A stretch of 64,000 bases of DNA from Candidatus Moraniibacteriota bacterium. GTDB lineage: Bacteria; Patescibacteriota; Minisyncoccia; Moranbacterales; GCA-2747515. Made by a program: the position numbers and the translations under genes. Below the pieces are notes generated by a model, which was not told where the DNA came from, did no database searches, and saw only the letters and a program-made list of their open reading frames with translations. The stretch is taken from assembly GCA_038208115.1 (NCBI GenBank), contig JBBQZC010000006.1, forward strand, positions 3,438 through 67,437, read 5' to 3'. Shown here piece by piece: positions 36,632-46,751 of the stretch (within the stretch, counting starts at the first letter, position 1; each line of letters starts with the position of its first letter).

Positions 36632-39600
36632 ATGAAAAGAATATGTGAGTTTTCAATAATTGGCGTACTCGTTTTTTTTAGTAATTTATATTTTGTTGAA
36701 GCTGTTGATCAATTTACTGCAATTACGATTGGCGGTAGTGACAGTGAATTTGCATCATCTGCTGTCCAAACTTCTGATGGAGGGTATATTTTTGGTGGAG
36801 GGACATACAGTTATGGTTCGGGAGCTGAAAATGCGTATGTGGTAAAAATGACATCGACAGGTATTCTCGACACCACGTTTGGTGTCGGTGGTACGCGTAC
36901 AATTGGTGGAGGAAATAATGATCATGTGGATTCTATTGTTCAAACAATTGATGGTGGCTATATAGTTTCTGGTTATACAGGAAGTTATGGTGCAGGAAAC
37001 AGTGATTGGTACATTGTCAAACTTACTTCAGCAGGCGCTCTCGACACCACATTTGGTGTTGGCGGCACACGTACGGTTGGTAGTGTAAACAATGATTATG
37101 CACTTTCACTTATTCAAATTGCTGATGGGAGTTATTTAATTGCTGGTAGTATGAATAACACTAACCCAGGTGATAGTGATGTATACATTATTAAGCTTTC
37201 CACAACAGGTGTTTTTGATAGTAGCTTTGGTGTAAATGGTAAAGTTGCAATTGGCAGTTCAGATAATGATGAGAGTGTGAAATCTATTGTGCAGACTGCA
37301 GATGATGGTTATATAGTATCTGGATATACAAATAGCTATGGAGCAGGAGGCTATGATATGTACATTGTCAAACTTACTTCAGCAGGCGCTCTCGACACCA
37401 CATTTGGCGTTGGCGGTACACGTACGGTTGGTGGTACTCAATATGATTATGGAAACTCGCTCATAAAAAATGCTTATGGTTATATAGTATCTGGATATAC
37501 AAATAGCTATGGAGCAGGAGGCTATGATATGTATATTGTCAATTTAGATGCAAATGGTGGTATGGGTGATTGTGTGCATAATAGCGGCAGTGGCGGGGAA
37601 ATTGGATCTGGTGGAGCAATATCCTCTGGAGGCACTACTAATCCTATCAATGTTAATGTTGGTGGGTCTGGTGGAATAATATCCTCTGGAGGTGAGCGTT
37701 TATTACAGTGCTCAGTTTACATAGATACAACACCCCCAACTCTCACAGAAGTCACTCAAGTCCCATTACTAACAAATGACAACACTCCATCATATACATT
37801 CAACACAACAGAAGCAGGAACGATCACCTATGCTGGTGATTGTACAAGTACAACAATTGATGCAGTAGTGGGAGATAATACGGTGACATTTGCTACTATG
37901 TCAGACGGTGCTCACAACAATTGCACAATCACTGTTACAGATGCTACTAATAACATCTCTGACTCACTAACAGTACGTCCATTTATAATAGATGCAACTG
38001 CACCAGTTCTCACAGAAGTTACGCCAGTTCCATCACCAACAAATGACAATACACCATCATATACATTTGACAGCTCAGAAAATAAATTTTTTGTTTCATT
38101 TTTTGGTGCATGCCATGCGCCTGCAGCAGAGAATAAAACAATTATAGTGCCACAAGGTGGCGGAAATCCCATTTACAGATACGACATCACCTTTGGTACA
38201 CTGAGTGATGGCACCTATGATGATTGTGCTTTTTTGATACAAGATAGTTTTGCCAATACATCAAACACGCTTGCAATAAACACATTCACCATAGACACAG
38301 CAGGACCAACACTCACACAAGTTACGCCAGTCCCATCATTAATTAATGATAATACACCAAGCTTCACTTTCAATACTACAGAAGCAGGTGTTATAGGTTA
38401 TCAAGGTGATTGTACAAGCGCAACGACTGTAGCCGTGGTGGGGAATAATCAGATTGAATTTAATGCACTTGAAGATGGACTTTATGGTAATTGCGAGATA
38501 TCAATATTGGATGCTTTAAATAATCTGTCTCTCTCATTATTGATAAACGAATTTATTATTGATACGACACCCCCAACTCTCACAGAAGTCACTCAAGTCC
38601 CAACACCAGCCAATAATGCAACACCGGCATATACATTTAGCTCAACAGAAGTAGGAACGATTACATATGGCGGCGATTGCTCTAGTACAACAACTGTGGC
38701 AAGTGTAGGAAATAACACTGTGACATTCAATACTTTGTCAGATCGTGGTTACAACAATTGCACGATTATGGTCACAGATGCTGCTAATAACATCTCTGAC
38801 TCACTAACAGTAAGTCCATTTATAATAGATGCAACTGCACCAGTGCTCACAGAAGTCACGCCAGTCCCATCACCAACAAATGACAATACGCCATCATATA
38901 CATTTCAAAGTTCAGAAGATGTGAGTGGACACATCACATATACTGGTGCATGTGGCACGCCTGTAACTGAAGATGAAACAGAGGGTATGCCACAAGGTGG
39001 CGGAAATCCTATTTACAGATATGACATCACCTTTGGCACTTTGAGTGATAAGGCCTATGATGATTGTACTATTGTGGCGCAAGATGGTCTTGGTAATACA
39101 TCAAACACGCTTGCAATAAATGCATTTACTATTGATGCAGTGCCAACTCTCGCACAAGTCACTCCAGTCCCATCACCAATAGATGACAACACACCATCAT
39201 ATACATTGCATGCAACTGAGTATGTAGATCTTACATTCGCAGGGTCATGTGGCATACCACAAATCGTAGGAAGTGCAGTGGGGACACCAGATCCAAATTA
39301 TACGATTACGTTTGGCGAATTGACAGACGGCACATATGACGATTGCACAATTACTGGAGAAGATAGTACTGGTCACATGTCAAACATACTTACAATCAAC
39401 ACATTTGTCATTGACACAAAAGGACCAACGCTTACCATGGTTACCTCAATTTCATCACCAACTGATGATAATACTCCAAGCTTTATATTTAATACAACAG
39501 ACGCTGGAATTATTACATATGGCGGCGGCTGTTCAGGTGCAACTGCTATGGCTACCATAGGGGATAATACGATTACGTTAAATCAGCTTGCTGATGGCAA

Positions 39601-40903
39601 ATATGACAACTGTTACATCACCGTAGAAGATGCATTACATAATAAATCTACACTTTATCTTGATGATTTTGTTATTGATGTATTTGATCCAGTAATTACA
39701 TCGATTAAGCGATATGAGCCGGAAGAGGAAATTGTTACATATGATGATATAGGTGCGTGGTTTGAAATTACTTTTTCTGAACCTGTTGTAAATGTGGATA
39801 AGGGTGACTTTCTTTATAGCGGAACAGCAGCGAGCTCGATTATTCAAATGGGTGATGACATAAAGATCACACAACCTTCACCACTGGTATATTATGTATT
39901 TACCCCAGATGTATTTGATGGAACATATTATCTTGAAGTACATCATGAAAATAATATTCAAGATACTGCAGGTAATCCTATTGCGCTTACAGTCGGCGAA
40001 ACCGAACGATTCGATTTTCGTATTCCTCCAGTTATTGCAATCGAGGAAGCCGTTTCAGAAGCCACTGGTTCTATCACAGAAAAATTCACAGTCATTGATG
40101 ATTCAGCAATCATGCGTGATAAGATTACAATTGATACGACAGTAGAGGATTCTGCACAAGTATCTGACCTGTCCTGTGTTCAGATAAATAGTCAACGAGT
40201 TGATTGTACTGTTAAAATTTTAGTTACAGGTGGTTTGGTAGTGCGTGCTACGGATGTTGCTGGTAATGAGGCAGTAGAATATTCTGATGGTATTTACACC
40301 ATTGGACGTGATATACCAAGTGGAGACATTGAAATTCCAAAACCAGATCTCAGTTTTTCTGGTAAAATGAAGGATTTGGTATTATCATCACGCAAAAAGA
40401 TTCAAATCAAAAATGATGAGATTAAATTTAAGGGAAAATATCCTGAACTTGCAGGGGGTAAAGTGGTCATTGAGTATAAAAAAGGATCAAGTTCATCAGA
40501 TGAAGAAACTGCAGATATTAATCAAAACGGCGATTGGTCTAAAAAAGTAAAATTTGATAAAAATGGCTCATACAAAATTACATTTATCTACTATGATAAA
40601 AATGGCAAAGAGATTGGAAAAAAGGGACCATATAATATCAAGATTGATACTGAGAAGCCAAAAATCGATGACTTGCCAGGTACGCTTAATAAAAAAGTGG
40701 GAGATAAAATTTGGTGGAGTGCAAAAGATAATGAAAAAATCGATGAATACAAATATATTTTTGCAGGAAAGAAACATAAAACCAAGAATGCGTTCTTCCA
40801 TGTGCCACAAGGTACAGCACCTGGCAGGTATGCGTTAGAGATTTTTGCTTATGATAAGGCAGGAAATAAGGATAAGAAGCAAATTATGATTATCATACGC
40901 TAA
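36632..40903 (+). CDS. Giant (1423 aa) secreted surface protein: signal peptide, delta-60/SBBP-type beta-propeller repeats, Gly-rich linker, ~7 tandem Ig-like (Big) domains, C-terminal beta-sandwich domains
   Basis: 'SGYTxSYGAGxxDxYIVKLTSAGALDTTFGVGGTRTVG' repeats x5. 'PPTLTEVTQVP..NDNTPSYTF.TTEAGTITYxGDC' repeats follow. 'GSGGEIGSGGAISSGG' linker. Confidence 0.7.
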   Translation: MKRICEFSIIGVLVFFSNLYFVEAVDQFTAITIGGSDSEFASSAVQTSDGGYIFGGGTYSYGSGAENAYVVKMTSTGILDTTFGVGGTRTIGGGNNDHVDSIVQTIDGGYIVSGYTGSYGAGNSDWYIVKLTSAGALDTTFGVGGTRTVGSVNNDYALSLIQIADGSYLIAGSMNNTNPGDSDVYIIKLSTTGVFDSSFGVNGKVAIGSSDNDESVKSIVQTADDGYIVSGYTNSYGAGGYDMYIVKLTSAGALDTTFGVGGTRTVGGTQYDYGNSLIKNAYGYIVSGYTNSYGAGGYDMYIVNLDANGGMGDCVHNSGSGGEIGSGGAISSGGTTNPINVNVGGSGGIISSGGERLLQCSVYIDTTPPTLTEVTQVPLLTNDNTPSYTFNTTEAGTITYAGDCTSTTIDAVVGDNTVTFATMSDGAHNNCTITVTDATNNISDSLTVRPFIIDATAPVLTEVTPVPSPTNDNTPSYTFDSSENKFFVSFFGACHAPAAENKTIIVPQGGGNPIYRYDITFGTLSDGTYDDCAFLIQDSFANTSNTLAINTFTIDTAGPTLTQVTPVPSLINDNTPSFTFNTTEAGVIGYQGDCTSATTVAVVGNNQIEFNALEDGLYGNCEISILDALNNLSLSLLINEFIIDTTPPTLTEVTQVPTPANNATPAYTFSSTEVGTITYGGDCSSTTTVASVGNNTVTFNTLSDRGYNNCTIMVTDAANNISDSLTVSPFIIDATAPVLTEVTPVPSPTNDNTPSYTFQSSEDVSGHITYTGACGTPVTEDETEGMPQGGGNPIYRYDITFGTLSDKAYDDCTIVAQDGLGNTSNTLAINAFTIDAVPTLAQVTPVPSPIDDNTPSYTLHATEYVDLTFAGSCGIPQIVGSAVGTPDPNYTITFGELTDGTYDDCTITGEDSTGHMSNILTINTFVIDTKGPTLTMVTSISSPTDDNTPSFIFNTTDAGIITYGGGCSGATAMATIGDNTITLNQLADGKYDNCYITVEDALHNKSTLYLDDFVIDVFDPVITSIKRYEPEEEIVTYDDIGAWFEITFSEPVVNVDKGDFLYSGTAASSIIQMGDDIKITQPSPLVYYVFTPDVFDGTYYLEVHHENNIQDTAGNPIALTVGETERFDFRIPPVIAIEEAVSEATGSITEKFTVIDDSAIMRDKITIDTTVEDSAQVSDLSCVQINSQRVDCTVKILVTGGLVVRATDVAGNEAVEYSDGIYTIGRDIPSGDIEIPKPDLSFSGKMKDLVLSSRKKIQIKNDEIKFKGKYPELAGGKVVIEYKKGSSSSDEETADINQNGDWSKKVKFDKNGSYKITFIYYDKNGKEIGKKGPYNIKIDTEKPKIDDLPGTLNKKVGDKIWWSAKDNEKIDEYKYIFAGKKHKTKNAFFHVPQGTAPGRYALEIFAYDKAGNKDKKQIMIIIR
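37700..39480 (+). repeat. Tandem near-identical ~850-nt repeat units (two Ig-like domains each) within the giant surface gene
   Basis: 37716-37760 matches 38566-38610 ('acacccccaactctcacagaagtcactcaagtccca'). 37931-38060 is almost identical to 38771-38900. Similar blocks lie at 38280-38330 and 39400-39450. Confidence 0.8.
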
Positions 40904-40907
40904 AAGA

Positions 40908-40946
40908 AAAAAAGACTTTTATCCATTTGGATAGAAGTCTTTTTGC
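40908..40946. terminator. Bidirectional terminator hairpin
   Basis: 'aaagacttttatcca tt tggatagaagtcttt' with A-run and T-run flanks. Confidence 0.5.
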
Positions 40947-41068
40947 TATATCGTCAGTTTATGTAATTTTATGATGGTTGTTGCGATTAAAATATCATCA
41001 TCAAATACCTGAGACGGTTTTATTAATCTCAATTTTTTTGAAATTTTGATTGGAATCATTATACCATT

Positions 41069-41395
41069 TCAGTTGAAATTCAACCATAAATATTTCTTTG
41101 CTTTATCAACTATGGGTTTATTTACACGATTAGCGACAAACAATTTTAGTGTTTGATTCGCTCTTTTTGATAAACTATTTGCCCGAAGTAGTTGACAATA
41201 CGCTACAAAACATATTTCGCCATGTTCTTTTTTTAGAATTTCAATCAGGGCACTTTCTGCGATAGGACAACTATCTTTTACAAAAATAACGCCGAGCTCA
41301 TTGACGAATATATGTTCTGGAGAGTGTTGTAATAGATTGCAGAGCTCCGTAACATTCAGTGTTGTTGTTCGCGCAGTTTGTATAGTTATAAACAT
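41069..41395 (-). CDS. Hypothetical protein (108 aa)
   Basis: ORF with its own intergenic space downstream of rplT. No confident similarity. Confidence 0.35.
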   Translation of the reverse strand: MFITIQTARTTTLNVTELCNLLQHSPEHIFVNELGVIFVKDSCPIAESALIEILKKEHGEICFVAYCQLLRANSLSKRANQTLKLFVANRVNKPIVDKAKKYLWLNFN

Positions 41396-41526
41396 TTTGC
41401 ATTCCCCGTAAATATATTATTGATTGGTTAAAGAACTGTTTTTTATCGAATTTTTATCGAAATATAAGACTAACACAATTTTTTGAGTAAGTCAACAGTT
41501 AGAAAGAGTATATAGATAAAAAAAAC

Positions 41527-41552
41527 CGCTCAATGTGAGCGGTCTTAAATTA
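41527..41552 (-). terminator. Rho-independent terminator after rplT (minus strand)
   Basis: On the minus strand: 'accgctca cat tgagcggt' followed by 'ttttttttatc'. Confidence 0.6.
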
Positions 41553-41565
41553 TTTTATCAAAGCT

Positions 41566-41910
41566 CTACTTAACTGCTTGGACAAACTGTGTAAATACAG
41601 CTGGGTTCTCCATTGCAAGTTGTGAGAGCACTTTACGATCAAGGATGATATTTTTCTTCTTCATGAGATTGATGAATATAGAATATTTTGTCTCATGGAG
41701 ACGGAGGGCGTTATTGAGACGAATAACCCAGAGATTTCGCATTGTACGCTTTTTTGTACGACGATCACGGTATTTATATTTACCTGCTTTCATTATTGCT
41801 TGCTTTGCAGTAATATAATTGGTACTTCTCCGCCATCTAAAACCTTTTGCAAGCTTAAGGAGATTTTTTCTTCGTTTATTTGCTGCGACACCGCGCTTTA
41901 CTCTTGCCAT
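41566..41910 (-). CDS. rplT: 50S ribosomal protein L20
   Basis: 'MARVKRGVAANKRRKNLLKLAKGFRWRRS..' is canonical for L20. Confidence 0.95.
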   Translation of the reverse strand: MARVKRGVAANKRRKNLLKLAKGFRWRRSTNYITAKQAIMKAGKYKYRDRRTKKRTMRNLWVIRLNNALRLHETKYSIFINLMKKKNIILDRKVLSQLAMENPAVFTQFVQAVK

Positions 41911-41942
41911 ACGACTCAGTTTAAAGTTAAAAGTTTAAAGTT

Positions 41943-42137
41943 TTAGTTGACCAGTGCTTTTAATACGTTTTTTTCGTCTGTTTTGAAGAGACGCTTATCA
42001 CTTCTCTTGCTTCTAGTTGTACTACCAGATTCTTTAGCGTTAAAGTGATTTTGTCCTGTAGATCGACGTGTTACTTTACCATTTTTTGATACAGATACTT
42101 TTTTGATCACTGCTTTTGGGGTTTTCATTTTCGGCAT
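41943..42137 (-). CDS. rpmI: 50S ribosomal protein L35
   Basis: 'MPKMKTPKAVIKKVSVSKNGKVTRRSTGQNHFNAKESG'. Confidence 0.9.
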   Translation of the reverse strand: MPKMKTPKAVIKKVSVSKNGKVTRRSTGQNHFNAKESGSTTRSKRSDKRLFKTDEKNVLKALVN

Positions 42138-42272
42138 ATTTTTTCTCTAAATAATATATATTTAACCCCATCACAATCTCGCTGTCGTGTTTAGGGTAAG
42201 AATCAGTAACTATTAAATGATTCTATAGTAATTTAATAAAATTGTCAAATGTGAATTTGATTGTGGGAGGTA

Positions 42273-42818
42273 TTATTCTGGGGCAATAGTTGTATTAAAT
42301 CCGCCAGGAAAGCGCTTGATGATTTCCTCTGTTTTAAATGGAATTTCAAGTGATGCAACAAAATCTTGCATATTTTTACGTGCAAGGTCTTGATGTGCTT
42401 TTTCACGTCCGCGCAACACGATCTCGATCTTCACTTTATTGCCTTTGGCAAGAAATTTTTCTGTTTGTTTCTTTTTGAATTCGAGATCATGTGTATCTGT
42501 ACGGATACCGATGCGCACACCTTTTGTAACCACAACTTTTTGTTGTGATTTGCTTTGTTTGAATTGTTTTGCTTGTGCGTATTGAAATTTACCAAAATCA
42601 AGAATTTTACATACAGGCGGAACAGCTTTTGGTGAAACCTCTACGAGATCGAGTCCCGCAGCTTCCGCAATATTTTTGGCTTCTCGGAGAGGTATTTCAC
42701 CGATGAATTGCTCATTGTGGTCAATTAAGACAATCGGATCAGCAAAAATCCTTTCATTTGCTCGCATGTGAGACATGAGTGTTGTTTTCTTTGGTTTTCG
42801 ACGAAAGCGTCTACGCAT
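42273..42818 (-). CDS. infC: Translation initiation factor IF-3
   Basis: 'LREAKNIAEAAGLDLVEVSP.A.PPVCKILDFGKFQY' and 'VKIEIVLRGREKAHQDLARKNMQDF'. The true start may be a non-ATG codon inside the track ORF. Confidence 0.85.
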   Translation of the reverse strand: MRRRFRRKPKKTTLMSHMRANERIFADPIVLIDHNEQFIGEIPLREAKNIAEAAGLDLVEVSPKAVPPVCKILDFGKFQYAQAKQFKQSKSQQKVVVTKGVRIGIRTDTHDLEFKKKQTEKFLAKGNKVKIEIVLRGREKAHQDLARKNMQDFVASLEIPFKTEEIIKRFPGGFNTTIAPE

Positions 42819-42936
42819 CTTGTTTGGTATATTAGAAATTAGTCAGCAGTAGTTAGTGAGTAGCATATTAGGAAAATAGTGTATGCAACTTTTTTGAAAC
42901 TATCTGTTACTCACTGTCTACTGATATGAGAATTTG

Positions 42937-43359
42937 TGGAGATGGTGGGAATTGCACCCACGTCCAAATTTGTGGATCTGAAAATACTTTTTACACGTTT
43001 AGAATGTTTTTCGTGTTGATGCAAATCAACATGTTCGATCATGAGTGATAAAACAACCAAAAAATCTCATGATCTATCATTGTAGATTTAGCCATAAAAA
43101 AGCAATGATACTTCAATGTGGCGAACCTCATAATATGACACCACGATCAGTCTATGAGATATCGACTGTGTGATGGCTTAGGCGTTTGTTACGCGAAAGA
43201 CGGTGCAAAAGATGGTGCAAATGCGTTAGCAAATGCTACTTTTGCGTTGTTGATAAATTTTGCACTTATCAATTGTGTATATCAGTTTAACGGGGTGAAT
43301 ATACATGCCCGACGTACGCATTAGCAGACAACAAACTGTCGAAAGCTAAAAGCATCCCC
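42937..43359 (-). ncRNA. ssrA: tmRNA (ssrA), adjacent to smpB
   Basis: Minus-strand 5' end 'GGGGGATGCTTTTAGCTTTCGACAG' contains the conserved GGGG..UUCGAC block. The 3' end 'GGACGTGGGTGCAATTCCCACCATCTCCAC-A' is a tRNA-like T-arm plus acceptor. An Ala-rich frame '..AKVAFANAFAPSFAPSFA*' ends in TAA. The gene lies 80 nt from smpB. Confidence 0.65.
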
Positions 43360-43438
43360 CGATCACAACGCTTTGGAACTGATAAGCGATGCGTGCGGCG
43401 ATTGCCTTGATATTGTAAAGGTTCGATAAAATGTGTTT

Positions 43439-43894
43439 CTAATTTGTGCGTAAAACGCGTGCGATATTGCGATCCGTTTCTCGCTTTTTGATACTCGCTC
43501 GTTTATCGTATTTTGCTTTTCCGCGTGCGAGAGCAAATTCTAGTTTGATATGTTTTCCTTTAGTATAAACACGAATTGGTATCATTGTCAATCCGGCCTG
43601 CTTCTTTTTACCGATGAATTCACGAATTTCTTTTTTCGTTACGAGGAGTTTGCGAGAGCGATTTGGGTCGTAGTCTTTGATATTGCTCGCATGCTTGTAG
43701 AGAGGGATGAGAGCATTGGTAAGAAAGAGCTCTGTGCCTTTAAGCGTGACAAATGCGCCTTTGAGTGAGATGTGTCCAGTCTTAATTGATTTTACTTCAT
43801 GACCACGCAATACTAAGCCAGCCTCATAATTTTCGATGAGTTCAAAATTAAATTTTGCCTGATTGTTACGTGCGATTGTTGCCATAATATTCAC
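43439..43894 (-). CDS. smpB: SsrA-binding protein SmpB
   Basis: 'FELIENYEAGLVLRGHEVKSIK..ISLKGAFV' and the C-terminal 'KYDKRASIKKRE' basic tail. Confidence 0.9.
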   Translation of the reverse strand: MNIMATIARNNQAKFNFELIENYEAGLVLRGHEVKSIKTGHISLKGAFVTLKGTELFLTNALIPLYKHASNIKDYDPNRSRKLLVTKKEIREFIGKKKQAGLTMIPIRVYTKGKHIKLEFALARGKAKYDKRASIKKRETDRNIARVLRTN

Positions 43895-44120
43895 ATTATA
43901 TCATGAAATGCAGTATATCTATCATAATGATTAATTGACATTCGTCAATGTTCTAAATATCATAAATGCTCGTGCTGAATATTTTGGAAAAAACAAAAAA
44001 ATTCTTACAAATCCATAGAGGACTAACACAATAGCGTAGATGCACACGAATTCAGGAAATTGTGGAGATGTAGAACTCGAAAATTTTTCTTTCGCCAAAG
44101 AAAATAATATATAAAAAAAC

Positions 44121-44152
44121 TGAGACTCATCAAATTTTTGATGAGTCTGCGT
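44121..44152 (-). terminator. Terminator hairpin downstream of minus-strand ORF 44177-44401
   Basis: 'gagactcatcaaatttttgatgagtct', with a T-run on the minus strand. Confidence 0.4.
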
Positions 44153-44176
44153 GATATGCGATGTTGCGGATTTTAG

Positions 44177-44401
44177 CTAAAACTGTTTTGTCTTCCATCG
44201 GAAAATGCTTTCCCACATGTCTGCGCCATTTGTCCAGAGCATTTTTTCCGTTGTACCTGCGGGCGTTGTATAGACGATATATGCAATGTCATTCTCCACG
44301 TTAATACCTGCGAATTTTCCAGGAGATTTTGATCGCTCAAACGCGTTTTTTGCTTCAGTGCAAAATATTGATGGTAAAATCATGTATTCCTCCGTTGGCA
44401 A
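44177..44401 (-). CDS. Hypothetical small protein (74 aa)
   Basis: ORF followed by a terminator. No similarity recognised. Confidence 0.25.
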   Translation of the reverse strand: MPTEEYMILPSIFCTEAKNAFERSKSPGKFAGINVENDIAYIVYTTPAGTTEKMLWTNGADMWESIFRWKTKQF

Positions 44402-44621
44402 AATAGTGTGAAAATCATTGTGATGTTGTCAGTACTGACTTTACAGAATATTAAAAAAATCAAATTTGTACAGTGACGTGAAGTTGACAATTTGCGCAGC
44501 CTTGCTATGATTGTCGCATGAAATACCACCAATCACAAAACCTGCTAACCCTGCTACTCCTCATCGAGGAAGGTTTTTGTGTTGGGTAGTGTTTTAGAGT
44601 GATATAAGTTGAAACAATAAA

Positions 44622-44652
44622 CACCTGACACAGTCGGGTTTTTTGTTTGCAC
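44622..44652 (+). promoter_or_regulatory. Attenuator-like hairpin+U-run in 5' leader of LeuA-family gene
   Basis: 'cctgac aca gtcggg tttttt' lies 45 nt upstream of RBS 'aaggagg' (44697-44703). Confidence 0.35.
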
Positions 44653-44710
44653 AAGATGTTCGTTAATAAATGAAGAGAGGCTCTATAGATTAAAAAAGAA
44701 GGAGGTAGTA

Positions 44711-46330
44711 ATGAAGAAAAAAAGAATTTGGTTGAACGATGTGGCTTTGCGTGAATCTGCACAAGTGGATGGTGGTGCGATTGCGCCCGCTGATCAAGAT
44801 CAATATATAAAAAAATTGATTCATGGTCGTATTGATGTTATCGAAATCGGATTCCCTGGGAGCTCTAGAGAAGCGTTAAAACGATGTAAAGAAATTGTTG
44901 AATTTGTGCGGAAGATGAAATCCGTCCACAAGCCTCTATTATCTGGATTGGCTCGAGCGGTCAAAGAAGATATTGATGCTGTCGCCGAAGCTGGGTGTGA
45001 CATGGTTCATATCTACATTCCAGCGAGCGATGAGCTGATGTCTGCACAATTTGATGCATCTAAGTACGGTGATACATCAGAAGGAAAACAAACATGGGTG
45101 ATAGATACAGCAATTGCAATGGTGCGATATGCTAAAGAAGAAAAGAAATTTACGCATGTACAATATTCTCCAGAGGATGCAGCGCGTGCTGGACGAGAAT
45201 ATGTCTGCAAGATCTTTGAAGCAGTAATTGATGCTGGTGCAACGAGTGTAAACGCTCCAGATACTACCGGACTTCGCGTACTTAATGAGTTTGGTGATTT
45301 TATCGCATATCTTTTCGCACATGTGCCAAATATTCACAAAGCACGTATCGCATGTCATTGTCATAATGATAGTGATCACAGCACCGTCAATGCACTTCAT
45401 GCCGTGGTAAATGGTGTTACAGAAGTGCAGGGTACTTTTTATGGACTCGGTGAGAGGAGTGGTATGACAAAGTTTGAGTCATTTCTCATGAATATTCATT
45501 CGCGTCCAGATGTTTTTGGTCAGTATGAAATTCGTTTTAAAATTGCCGATGTTGTTGAGATTGTCCATATGATCGCGAATTGTCTCGGTATGCCAGTTCC
45601 ACGTCACTGGGTTGTTGTCGGAGAGCAAAATAGTATATGTAGTTCCGGTACACATCAAGCCATCGAAGCAAAGGCGAAAAAAAATGGCATGACAATCAGC
45701 CCATATTATAGCTGGAATCCAGCAAAATATGGACACACAGGTGTAAAAACTGTGTTAACACAATCATCTGGAAAAGAGGGAATAACTGCAAGACTCAAAG
45801 AATTAGGATTCGTGTTGCATAAAGCGCAGGTTGCAGAAATAACACAGGAAATCAAAAGAATTTCAGAAGGGCGTCAAGGAAAATCTTTGACAGATCGTGA
45901 GATCACGGCAGTGGTCACTGATGTGATCAAGGAAATTCCTTTTGCGATTGAAATTGATCGTGCCACGATTGTGAGTGGAAAAGGAACGATACCTACAGCA
46001 TCTGTGGTCGCACTATCTGGAGGGCAAAGTGTTTCAGCAGTTCGCACCGGTAACGGTCCTGTAAGTGCGGCATTTGATGCGATTGTTTCTATCGCAAAAG
46101 AATTATTTCCCACATTACAAGACTATGCGATCTCACAAGAATACTGGCGTCCAGTACAAGTCACAAAAGGTGATGAGGCTCTGGGAGATGTCTATGTACA
46201 ATTAAAAATGGTGCATCATACTTCTCACAGAGAACATATTCACAGTGGACATGCTGTACATGAAGACTCAAGTCATGCAACAGCACAAGCGATTGCAAAT
46301 GCACTGAGCTGGATGGTATCATCTATTTAG
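44711..46330 (+). CDS. 2-isopropylmalate/citramalate/homocitrate synthase-family enzyme (DRE-TIM fold, LeuA-like)
   Basis: 'IEIGFPGSS' and 'ACHCHNDSDHSTVNALHAVVNGV' metal-binding HxH motif. 539 aa with a C-terminal regulatory-like extension. Confidence 0.65.
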   Translation: MKKKRIWLNDVALRESAQVDGGAIAPADQDQYIKKLIHGRIDVIEIGFPGSSREALKRCKEIVEFVRKMKSVHKPLLSGLARAVKEDIDAVAEAGCDMVHIYIPASDELMSAQFDASKYGDTSEGKQTWVIDTAIAMVRYAKEEKKFTHVQYSPEDAARAGREYVCKIFEAVIDAGATSVNAPDTTGLRVLNEFGDFIAYLFAHVPNIHKARIACHCHNDSDHSTVNALHAVVNGVTEVQGTFYGLGERSGMTKFESFLMNIHSRPDVFGQYEIRFKIADVVEIVHMIANCLGMPVPRHWVVVGEQNSICSSGTHQAIEAKAKKNGMTISPYYSWNPAKYGHTGVKTVLTQSSGKEGITARLKELGFVLHKAQVAEITQEIKRISEGRQGKSLTDREITAVVTDVIKEIPFAIEIDRATIVSGKGTIPTASVVALSGGQSVSAVRTGNGPVSAAFDAIVSIAKELFPTLQDYAISQEYWRPVQVTKGDEALGDVYVQLKMVHHTSHREHIHSGHAVHEDSSHATAQAIANALSWMVSSI

Positions 46331-46332
46331 CA

Positions 46333-46371
46333 AGTTTCAAAAGGGATGAATCTAACGATTCATCCCTTTTC
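46333..46371. terminator. Bidirectional terminator
   Basis: 'aaaagggatgaatc taac gattcatcccttttcat' perfect 14-bp stem. Confidence 0.6.
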
Positions 46372-46751
46372 ATATATTTGAAGTAGTTTCTATTTAGTAC
46401 ATTTTTTTACATGAGATATTACATTGCCCTTGGTCGTATGATCGTTTTTGGATTCATTTTGCTCACAGTTCAACATCCACAATATTTTTTTGTATTGCCG
46501 GCAATTGTTGCAGTTACTATTTTGATTATATTTATGTTCAATCACAAAAATAAACTTTGATTTGCATCATGTAATTTCTGTACAAATTTTTTGACGAAAA
46601 GGTCTTTGGATAATATGATAGAATAAAGGGTATTGGTAAATATATGAAATACGAAAAAGTCTTTATATATAATATTTGTGAGCACACTCCCACGGGGGTG
46701 TAATTTATATTTTTTTAAATTATTCTTTCTTAACTTTTTTAATATATCGAT

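Noticed and set aside
44440-44700. T-box riboswitch identity for the LeuA-family leader
   Set aside because: I could not find the conserved T-box sequence (AGGGUGGNACCGCG) or a specifier-loop arrangement. Only a generic terminator-like hairpin is supported.
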